A stretch of 32,000 nt of DNA, taken from positions 90,001-122,000 of the forward strand of contig CP064993.1 in the NCBI GenBank assembly GCA_016699955.1, read 5' to 3'. This document shows, in pieces, positions 16,791-24,090 of this stretch. The notes beneath the pieces were generated by a model. It searched no databases, was not told the origin of the DNA, and worked only from the letters and a program-made list of their open reading frames with translations. The position numbers were made by a program, and so were the translations under genes. Source of the stretch: Candidatus Saccharimonadota bacterium. Its GTDB lineage: Bacteria > Patescibacteriota > Saccharimonadia > Saccharimonadales > UBA4665. How positions within the stretch are numbered: the stretch's first letter is position 1; the number at the start of each line of letters is the position of its first letter.

Positions 16791-16880
16791 CTTACGGTAC
16801 GGTTAAGTGGTATCGCAACCGCACAGGAAAGAAAAGTCTTGCTTTTTTTAGTAACCGGCCAAAATGTGGTACGTGGTACT

Positions 16881-17549
16881 TTATCGATTACGACCTGGAG
16901 CTGGAGTTACCGGTATCTGACAGGTAGCGCCTTCAGCGATCGAGTTCAGGCCACATACTGACATACTTCCTCCTGTAGGAGCTTTTCCTGTAAGGTAGTC
17001 GAAAGGACGCGCCGTTGTTGGTGCTGGTACCGGTGCTAGCGCTGCAGCCGGACGAGCAGCTGGTTCATAACAGTTTGTTACCTTATCAGTGATTGCCTTG
17101 CCTAATGCTGCAAGGGTAAGGGGACCGATTGCTTCAGGGCTTACTGCGCCACCTTCTTGCAAAACATTGGGATTGGTTGCACCCAAGTTCCTCTTAAATC
17201 TCAGTGAAGATTCGGTAGTTTTTTCAAGGAAATTACCTGCTGGAACCATATCTGCTGGTGTACACCCCACTGATGCGAGCATGCTTTGCGCTGAGAGTAC
17301 GTCCTGGCCAACCATGCCTTTAACCAAAATTCGTGTCGCCGCTGCAACCTCACCCTGTCCTTGGGGAACGGCAGGCGCAGCAGGACCAGTAGCAGCCGCG
17401 GTAGCAATGCCACCCCAGCCCTCTTTTATTGTCCCTTTTTCACTTCCCTTGACACCACATCCTGCTGTTGCTGCTAAGAAAGCCGCTGCAATACCGGTAG
17501 TTACTATTGTCCTTCGGTTGGAAAGAATACCTTCCATACTAATTCTCAT
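16881..17549 (-). CDS. Lipoprotein with putative peptidoglycan-binding (PG_binding_1-like) domain
   Basis: ORF 16881..17549(-), 222 aa. It has a signal plus lipobox (IAAAFLAATAGC). The PG_binding_1 spacing pattern is present: LVKGMVGQDVLSAQSMLASVG...GNFLEKTTESSLRFKRNLG...GAVSPEAIGPLTLAAL. AAGGAGA lies upstream of the ATG. Confidence 0.65.
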   Translation of the reverse strand: MRISMEGILSNRRTIVTTGIAAAFLAATAGCGVKGSEKGTIKEGWGGIATAAATGPAAPAVPQGQGEVAAATRILVKGMVGQDVLSAQSMLASVGCTPADMVPAGNFLEKTTESSLRFKRNLGATNPNVLQEGGAVSPEAIGPLTLAALGKAITDKVTNCYEPAARPAAALAPVPAPTTARPFDYLTGKAPTGGSMSVCGLNSIAEGATCQIPVTPAPGRNR

Positions 17550-17636
17550 AATAAATATATTCTCCTTATATCACTCATTATAGAGTGTAATAGGGCGTAT
17601 TATACCACTCAAGTGTATTGGCAGCAATTACATTTC

Positions 17637-20276
17637 CTACGAGTCACTGTCAATATTATTAACTCCGGGGTCTTGGTTAACACCTGTAATTTTGGGTACA
17701 CTCGCGGGGTTAGCCACATAGCCTTTTGCGCGGTTTACCACTTCGGTCCAGTACTGAGCAATGGATGGGTACTTACCCCCGCCCTGCCCTCTATTAACAT
17801 CATAGCCTTTGCTTTTCCAACCAGAGCCAGCGTACCAACCCCCAGCAACGTCTTTCCATATAGACTCTTCGTTAGCATCTGGAAACTTGTCGTTTGAAAA
17901 CTTCTTGTAAATATCACCGACTTCCCTTCGCATCTGGTCGTATTGAAATTGCGGTGGAGCATCTCTGGCCGATTTGAATCCGCCCCGCCCGCCCCATGTC
18001 CCTACCATCCAGTTTCCTAAGCCTGCTGCTCCGGAATCTGAGTTGAATGACCGCGGGTTGCCACGGGACTCCTGATAAATGATTGAGTTAACCATGGCCT
18101 CAAGCATCACCTTGTGAGCGGGGGACTTGTTCGTCTCCGCCGGCTTAGATGCGCCCTCAGTAGAAGATGGGGTTGCAGTTTTATCATCATTCAACGGTGT
18201 GATTGTGCCATCTAGTGGAGAGGCGCCTGGTGCTTGAGTAGGGGTTGGAGAAACAACCACGCTAAGCGAGCCCACTCCCGCCAGCGCTGTTTGCCCCATT
18301 TCAAGCGGATTTACTCCAGAGTCGACTTGCTCTGGCTTGTCCACACTATCTGCAACCGGAGTTACTTCGGCTGGCACACCTATGGCCACGGTACCAGGGG
18401 TCAAACCGGCAATAGCCACGCTAGGCTGCTGAGGAGTAAGTAGGCTAAGGGGGTTGCGCGTCGCGGGATTAAATACTGGCTGTGGGGAGGTAGAAGCTTG
18501 TTGTGGCGGTGTAGGTGCCTTCTGTTTTGGCTGGTCTGCCTGTTGTGGGGATACGCCTACGAAGCGCATCCCTACATATGTCAGATCATCGCCCTCCCAC
18601 TTATGAAATGTTTCCTTAAAACGATCTGAGAGATTGCCGTCAAACGACCAGTAGCCTTTACCGTTTGGATCAAATCGAGAGAAACGCCCAACGTGATTAT
18701 CGCCATCATGTCCAGTTTTTTTACTCACTCGATAAAACAGGTAATCACCATATACAATTATGTCGTTCAGCTTTCCATTCCGAAAATCCGCAGCAGTATA
18801 TAGCTTAGAACCCGGTTCATTTTCTATGGCCAGCATCATCTCATATGCACCCACGATTCTTCCACTCGACCATGCGGCTTTAGGCCGATTTGTTGTAAGA
18901 ACATAACCGGCATCTGTGTCTATTTGCCAGGCCGCTCCGGCGCACCACGGCCAGTCACGACCTTCCCTGCCTTCCATAAAAAGTTTTGCTGGCAGACCAT
19001 CATTATTACCGGTTTTTTCCCTAATATTCATTTGGAGGTATGCTTCGGCTTTAATCTCAACAGCCTTTGAATAAGCTTTTCGAGATGGTGTTAATACCGA
19101 TACAGTTTCCGCTGGCTGTAGTGTCGGGGCAGTTGGCGCTTCCGACTGGGATTGATCCAGTGGATTTGGGGCTACCCCAAGTGGTGTAATTACGGTCGCG
19201 AGTGGTGCGGGGGTACCAGGTGCATCTACAATATAATCATCTACGCGTTTGATTCCTGAGAAAAGTGTCGTGGACAAATCTCTTGTGAGTGGGTTGGTTG
19301 CTCCACCCATCCGATCCAGTGGTGTAATTTCGACAGCTGGGACAAGCGCACTCAGCGGTTGTGTCGGCAGTTGTTGGCTGACATTATAAGTCCCTACGAG
19401 CGGTTGACTACCCTGGAGGTCAGGTGTAGTGCCGGGTGCCGAAGCCACAGTGCCACTGGGAAATTGAGCAATCCGAGACAATGCTTCGAACGGTGAAACA
19501 GTAAGCAGTTGTTGAGGTGTGGGGCTACTCACTATTTGGGGCGCAATTGTGACGCTTGCGACAGGTACAGTACGAGGATTTGCTACTTCTGCTGCGTTTA
19601 TACCTAGTCTGGGGCTGGGCTGGGGACTGGCTACTTGAACTGGGGTACCCTGGGACAGCAAGGCAGTTGTTTCGGTTCGGGCTCCTGGGGTGTCTGAAAC
19701 GACGGTAGCTGGGCGTAAGTCGGGTATACCTGCCCAACCTGTGGTAATGCGCCGACTGTCCGGCGTCATGGTCGCTCCAGCAACAATTGCTGTCTGATTC
19801 AGGCTTGTCTCCCCAACCGGCACTACGGTTGCAGGTGTACCCGTGGTCGCAAGTCGACCGAGCGGAGCAGTTGGTGATAATACATTTGTCCGAGACTCGG
19901 TGGATGTTGAACCTATTCCTGCAGCTAAACTTGGTAAACCCTGACCCGTCATTCTCTGGACGATACTTTCAGGAAGAACAATCTTCGGCGGTGCTTCTAG
20001 GATAGTGGGCTCAGTAGAAATACCCCCGATTTGACCGGGTACTAGGGCGGCCCCAACAATCGGGTTCGTAGGCAGTATGCCACCGGACTGTGGCTGCCAG
20101 TTTGCTATCAGTGCCAAGTCGCTCCCACCGGCACCCGACTGTACGGCAAGAGAGAGAAGAACGCCAGCTCCTGCTGCTCTAACAGACCCTGGGGGCATAT
20201 GAGTATCGGCCGTCAAACGCGCAGGCGGTGCGAGCTGCGCGATGTGCCTTGCTAAACTATTGGGGTCATAATACAT
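17637..20276 (-). CDS. Large two-domain peptidoglycan hydrolase: ~400-aa P/T/S/Q-rich region + CHAP-like cysteine amidase/peptidase + C-terminal SLT-type lytic transglycosylase
   Basis: ORF 17637..20276(-), 879 aa. GGAGAAACTC lies before the ATG. The CHAP-like core has DWPWCAGAAWQI (Cys ~445, codon 18942-18944). It continues DIIVYGDYLFYRVSK...DNHVGRFSRF...WSFDGN (His ~528, codon 18693-18695). The SLT motif is IIYQESRGNPRSFNSDSGAAGLGNWM (Glu ~736, codon 18069-18071). Confidence 0.85.
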   Translation of the reverse strand: MYYDPNSLARHIAQLAPPARLTADTHMPPGSVRAAGAGVLLSLAVQSGAGGSDLALIANWQPQSGGILPTNPIVGAALVPGQIGGISTEPTILEAPPKIVLPESIVQRMTGQGLPSLAAGIGSTSTESRTNVLSPTAPLGRLATTGTPATVVPVGETSLNQTAIVAGATMTPDSRRITTGWAGIPDLRPATVVSDTPGARTETTALLSQGTPVQVASPQPSPRLGINAAEVANPRTVPVASVTIAPQIVSSPTPQQLLTVSPFEALSRIAQFPSGTVASAPGTTPDLQGSQPLVGTYNVSQQLPTQPLSALVPAVEITPLDRMGGATNPLTRDLSTTLFSGIKRVDDYIVDAPGTPAPLATVITPLGVAPNPLDQSQSEAPTAPTLQPAETVSVLTPSRKAYSKAVEIKAEAYLQMNIREKTGNNDGLPAKLFMEGREGRDWPWCAGAAWQIDTDAGYVLTTNRPKAAWSSGRIVGAYEMMLAIENEPGSKLYTAADFRNGKLNDIIVYGDYLFYRVSKKTGHDGDNHVGRFSRFDPNGKGYWSFDGNLSDRFKETFHKWEGDDLTYVGMRFVGVSPQQADQPKQKAPTPPQQASTSPQPVFNPATRNPLSLLTPQQPSVAIAGLTPGTVAIGVPAEVTPVADSVDKPEQVDSGVNPLEMGQTALAGVGSLSVVVSPTPTQAPGASPLDGTITPLNDDKTATPSSTEGASKPAETNKSPAHKVMLEAMVNSIIYQESRGNPRSFNSDSGAAGLGNWMVGTWGGRGGFKSARDAPPQFQYDQMRREVGDIYKKFSNDKFPDANEESIWKDVAGGWYAGSGWKSKGYDVNRGQGGGKYPSIAQYWTEVVNRAKGYVANPASVPKITGVNQDPGVNNIDSDS

Positions 20277-20312
20277 GAGTTTCTCCGGCTAGGACGTTTT
20301 TACCCATTTATG

Positions 20313-21173
20313 TTACTGTGCCTCCGTCAGTTGGCATGTAACTATGTGAGGGGTTGCAACAAGCTGTTTAGTGGCTGGGTCGGTCGATTGAACCATAAGA
20401 CCGACATATACATTCGGAACATTCGGACTATCTGGTTTCATTGTGTAGGGCGCAATTGCGTAAGCATTTTCAGCTGTCAAAAGATCTTTGGCCGGTATGT
20501 CGGTACTATCACGAAGAAGCCACCCGGCATGGACCTGAGCCTTTTGCACAACGGCTGCCATGTCATCCCTGCACATCTGTGCCGTCTCTAGTGCACGTTT
20601 TTTTTCTGCCTCACTTGCACCTTTTTTTACCACCGTCATTGAGGCAACAATATCCCCAAGGGTTAGTTTATTGACTTGTTCTGGCGTGACTGGTTTGGCT
20701 AGTCCTGCCTTATCAGTATAAGTAGCGCCGTACGCGTCCGTAAAACCTTCGACACTATATGTAAATGTGGGGAACACGACAATATGCCCGTCTTTCCCCC
20801 GAGCAATTTTTCCGGCGTTCACCGCATAACTACCAAGTACTTGACTATTCGCGCCTTCCCGGCGAAGCGATGCGGGGATTTCACGTGGCTTGGTCTGTAA
20901 TGGTGCGGCCATCCAGCCAGTTGCGCACCAGCCCGAGTCACTTTTTATACAGTAGCTGTTTATGTGACCTAAAAAATCGCTACCCAAATCTCTACCCATA
21001 TAGCCGGCGACACCAAGAACAGTGCCTAAGCCAGCGGCAATCACCTTGCGCCTTGTGATAAACCGATTGCCGGAGCCGCCCAGCACGTAAATCACCGATG
21101 GAGTTCCGCTGCCATAGCCGTTACCATTAGCTGGCAACAGATCGCTCATGTTAAACTTTTTGCCTTTAGCCAT
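20313..21173 (-). CDS. Hypothetical membrane-anchored protein (~286 aa)
   Basis: ORF 20313..21185(-). I place the start at ATG 21173 (MAKGKKF), which has GGAG 7 nt upstream. The track's start at 21185 is a TTG. There is one N-proximal TM helix (VIAAGLGTVLGVAGYM). I recognise no family for the remainder. Confidence 0.7.
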   Translation of the reverse strand: MAKGKKFNMSDLLPANGNGYGSGTPSVIYVLGGSGNRFITRRKVIAAGLGTVLGVAGYMGRDLGSDFLGHINSYCIKSDSGWCATGWMAAPLQTKPREIPASLRREGANSQVLGSYAVNAGKIARGKDGHIVVFPTFTYSVEGFTDAYGATYTDKAGLAKPVTPEQVNKLTLGDIVASMTVVKKGASEAEKKRALETAQMCRDDMAAVVQKAQVHAGWLLRDSTDIPAKDLLTAENAYAIAPYTMKPDSPNVPNVYVGLMVQSTDPATKQLVATPHIVTCQLTEAQ

Positions 21174-21211
21174 CACATACTCCAAACAGATCTATTCTAA
21201 ACTTCATCTTG

Positions 21212-22306
21212 CTAACCCGCCGCCATTAACTTACCAGTTCCGCAACTCACTTTTGTTGGGTTAGCGACAACACTCCACCGTATAGTTGTGTCCTCAAGCC
21301 CTTCGATCTTTGTCGTTGTTCCTGTCATGCTCGCAATACGAGCATTGAGAATTGCTTGGTATTTTTCAACACGTTTTGCATCTGAGGTAATATGTACCCT
21401 AAAGCTGTCGCGGATTGGTTTTTCTTCCGATATTTGTCCCGGTTGTTTTGGCTCCGGATATTGATCAGCAAATGCTTGGGTTATCCTATCCCTGACGACC
21501 TTGTCCGAACCATAGATCTCTAGGAGTCCGCCCAAAGCCACTTTAGCAATTTCACGCTCTACAGCCTGCAGAGACATCCCGCCATTTTGGAGCGCTTCGA
21601 GCGGACATGCTTGGGCATTAACCGAATCGACGATAAGAGCAGCTAAAGCTGTCCTTAGAACTGCCTCGATTTCATCTTTCCCTTCAGTGTCCATATTTGT
21701 TTTAAAAAACCCACCATCATCATTCTTCCAGAGTTGTTCGTTTGCCAGGCCACCCGCCTCCTCTCCAGCTGCCACTCTGGTGGAGCAGACCTCGATAGGC
21801 TCAGTAAAAACTTTTACCTTTACTCTATCTAGTCCATCAGCGACAATTGAGGTCTGGAGCGTTGATTTTGGTGGTATGCCGTTTATGCCTCCCTTGTCTG
21901 CCAGATCGGTACCAAAACAAACTTGATACCTGGCTGTTACTACTTTTTCATTGTTCTTGTTCCAGGTTATATTTGAACCAGGACCCTCCCAAAATCCTTT
22001 CCATTTTTCATTGTCGATCCTGACGTTTGCTTCACCTTTGAGAGTCATGGCGACTTCACCTAAAACATGTTTTTGGATAGTATTGACCGGAAATTCACGT
22101 TCTTTTACCGGGGCTTGCACGGTAGCTGTTACTTCAGTATGACCCGTATCCCAGCCGAAACATTTGCTAATACTACCTGCTGTATTATTTCCAGTTACGA
22201 CCTCGGCCGAGCAATTGACACCATCACGAAAACCAGGCACAAAAGCATATACTGATGCAACTGATGCAAGTCCTACTGCAACGCATCCGGCTGCTACCTT
22301 ACCCAT
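21212..22306 (-). CDS. Hypothetical exported/anchored protein (364 aa)
   Basis: ORF 21212..22306(-). It has an N-terminal hydrophobic signal or anchor (MGKVAAGCVAVGLASVASVYAF). Several Cys residues are spaced through the exported part. No recognisable domain. Confidence 0.7.
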   Translation of the reverse strand: MGKVAAGCVAVGLASVASVYAFVPGFRDGVNCSAEVVTGNNTAGSISKCFGWDTGHTEVTATVQAPVKEREFPVNTIQKHVLGEVAMTLKGEANVRIDNEKWKGFWEGPGSNITWNKNNEKVVTARYQVCFGTDLADKGGINGIPPKSTLQTSIVADGLDRVKVKVFTEPIEVCSTRVAAGEEAGGLANEQLWKNDDGGFFKTNMDTEGKDEIEAVLRTALAALIVDSVNAQACPLEALQNGGMSLQAVEREIAKVALGGLLEIYGSDKVVRDRITQAFADQYPEPKQPGQISEEKPIRDSFRVHITSDAKRVEKYQAILNARIASMTGTTTKIEGLEDTTIRWSVVANPTKVSCGTGKLMAAG

Positions 22307-22361
22307 AATTGACCTACGCTTGATTTATAAACTTGTAATAGTTGTGTGTGTAACATATCGC

Positions 22362-23030
22362 TCAGTCCTTTCTTATACTATGCAAATCACAATTCGTAGC
22401 AGCAGCACCAACCGGAAGTACCTTAAAAGCCACCGGCACGGTTTCGCCTGGAGGAACTACCCCTGTTTTTGCCAACAAATCTTTCGCTAAACGATGAAGT
22501 TTTTCTGCTACTATTCTGCAGGCCTCTAGGTTTGCGGGGTCAGCCAGCGTTCGGGGTGCGTCAGCAAGATTCGTTGCTACCGGCGAAAAAGTTATTTCGC
22601 CATTTGTGGCCTGTTGCGCTTTACTGACGTCAAGGCAGAGTGCCGTCTTAAGCGTAGTCGAAGCGGCCGTTGCTGCAGGGCCATGAATGATAATCTCTTT
22701 ACCCATCTCAGGACAACCGTTAGTGTTATCCGATTTCAACTTTGACAATGCTTGTGCGCCAACTGCAGGCGAGACAAAAATACGTCTTTCAACTGGTTTA
22801 GAACCATTGTTGTCTGTTGGACGAGCAAACGCATCAGGACCGATGACAATAAATTTACCTAAAATGCCTAGTTCAGTTGGCTCTACTCCGGCGATTGCCA
22901 AAAAGGAATCTGCCTCGGGATGATTTATAACAACTTCGCCGCCATGCGCATAAACATCTGCCACTCCCACCGCAAAAGCAGCCCCACAAAAAGCTAAAGA
23001 CCCCGCCACTATTCCATTTAGGGCATTCAT
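22362..23030 (-). CDS. Hypothetical exported protein (~222 aa)
   Basis: ORF 22362..23048(-). The track start is a TTG, and ATG 23030 gives MNALNGIVAGSLAFCGAAFAVGVADVYA, which is signal-peptide-like. No recognisable domain. Confidence 0.65.
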   Translation of the reverse strand: MNALNGIVAGSLAFCGAAFAVGVADVYAHGGEVVINHPEADSFLAIAGVEPTELGILGKFIVIGPDAFARPTDNNGSKPVERRIFVSPAVGAQALSKLKSDNTNGCPEMGKEIIIHGPAATAASTTLKTALCLDVSKAQQATNGEITFSPVATNLADAPRTLADPANLEACRIVAEKLHRLAKDLLAKTGVVPPGETVPVAFKVLPVGAAATNCDLHSIRKD

Positions 23031-23119
23031 AGTAATGTTATATACCAAATTAGAATAATAGTAAACTCTTGTGTAATATATTATTTACAACAGCTGCCTA
23101 ACTCTGCTAAATATTTCTG

Positions 23120-24061
23120 TCACTGACCCATTACTGTTACAAATGAAAACCCCTTCTCCCGATACCAAGAAATAATTCCAGGTAACGCGGCGACGGTATT
23201 ACTCCTGTTGGACGTTAACTCTGACTCCGGTTCCCCACTTGCCTTGTTTGTATGAAAGAGCACTATGGGATTATTGATACCATTTACCTTCGTTGCAGCA
23301 GCATGAATTGCTGCCGTAGACGCTTCGGTCGTACGGCTGGACTGCCGGTAGTCAAGTGTGTCAACTGACCACATAACCACACTCTTACCGAGTTTATTTG
23401 ACGCAGATATCACATTTGTTTGGAACCCACCGGGCGGGCGAAAAAAACAATCCGGCTTGCCGGTTAAGCCGGTCAGCGCATCTTCCGTTTGCTTAAGTTG
23501 ACTTTGGAGAAAGGCTGGTGTCCACCCGCCCATAACTTGCGTGGGATAACGATGATCATAAGAATGGTTAGCCACTTGCATACCCGCTGCTGCAAGTCTG
23601 CTGATTTCATTCGGAAATTTTTTGACATTTTCTCCAGTTACGAAAAAGGTTGCCTTTACACCCTCGCGCTGCAAAACTGTAAGCACATCCATAGTGGCAT
23701 TACCAGGGCCATCATCAAACGTTAGCGCAACGGTCTTGCCCTGACCCGGAGCATACTTTATTGGCTGTTTCACCGGCGGGGGGCACACAAGTTTTGACGG
23801 AGTTGTTGAAACAGGGGTCTGCTGACGATTTGAGGGTGCCGTATCTACTGGTTTCGCTGGTTGCAGATATATCGTTACTGGCGCATCAGCCAGGTTTGGC
23901 GCGCCTGGATACGCCGAGACAGTCGAGCTGCCGCCGTCCCCTTTAACAAAAAAATCATAGGCCGGCGCTGCTCCAACAACGAGCGTCACGCCCAAAGCAA
24001 TTGCTGGCCATCGTCTTTGCTCAACATTATGTTCATTTGTAGGTTTAAAACCTTTCGTCAT
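23120..24061 (-). CDS. Polysaccharide deacetylase (NodB homology domain; PgdA-like peptidoglycan GlcNAc deacetylase), membrane-anchored
   Basis: ORF 23120..24061(-), 313 aa. It has a TM helix (WPAIALGVTLVVGAAPAY). The NodB motifs are VALTFDDGPG, KATFFVTG and VANHSYDH. The SD is GAGGCGAGG immediately upstream of the ATG. Confidence 0.9.
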   Translation of the reverse strand: MTKGFKPTNEHNVEQRRWPAIALGVTLVVGAAPAYDFFVKGDGGSSTVSAYPGAPNLADAPVTIYLQPAKPVDTAPSNRQQTPVSTTPSKLVCPPPVKQPIKYAPGQGKTVALTFDDGPGNATMDVLTVLQREGVKATFFVTGENVKKFPNEISRLAAAGMQVANHSYDHRYPTQVMGGWTPAFLQSQLKQTEDALTGLTGKPDCFFRPPGGFQTNVISASNKLGKSVVMWSVDTLDYRQSSRTTEASTAAIHAAATKVNGINNPIVLFHTNKASGEPESELTSNRSNTVAALPGIISWYREKGFSFVTVMGQ

Positions 24062-24090
24062 CCTCGCCTCACAGCTTTTTAATGGTACAT

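Larger units (their letters stand above)
16437..16849 (+). ncRNA. Candidate structured non-coding RNA / tandem hairpin-module element (family unknown; strand and ends uncertain)
   Basis: Five strong hairpins are present: 16469-16492, 16515-16545, 16624-16651, 16675-16705 and 16722-16739. GGTGGGCAG (16437-16445) is exactly complementary to CTGCCCACC (16706-16714). Segment 16619-16638 is complementary to 16772-16790. The two modules share loops and linkers but have different, self-complementary stems. A T-run sits at 16843-16849. I found no match to the tmRNA, RNase P or SRP conserved boxes. Confidence 0.35.

Noticed and set aside
16384-16880. RNase P RNA, SRP RNA or 6S RNA in the same gap
   Set aside because: Neither strand has the RNase P boxes GAGGAAAGTCC or ACAGAA...GGCTTA. 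Neither has the SRP helix-8 AGGTCCGGAAGGAAGCAGCC-like motif. 6S cannot be excluded by eye, but the tandem-module layout does not resemble a single long bubble-containing helix.
16679-16961. ORFs 16679..16927 (82 aa) and 16743..16961 (72 aa) inside the structured intergenic region
   Set aside because: They start inside perfect hairpins and run through inverted repeats into the 3' end of the convergent gene. They have no SD. The sequence is better explained by nucleic-acid structure than by coding.
17089-17583. Plus-strand ORF 17089..17583 (164 aa) and other antisense ORFs within 17.6-23 kb (e.g. 17613..17897, 20310..20591, 22164..22490)
   Set aside because: They are antisense to genes with signal peptides, SD sites or catalytic motifs. 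Their products are low-complexity and lack start-site support.
16881-23048. Calling the envelope operon a type IV secretion system
   Set aside because: The CHAP+SLT architecture is T4SS-like. However, the window contains no VirB4/VirD4-type ATPase (no Walker A proteins at all in this block), no VirB6-like polytopic protein and no relaxase. I kept only the weaker 'wall-breaching module' hypothesis.
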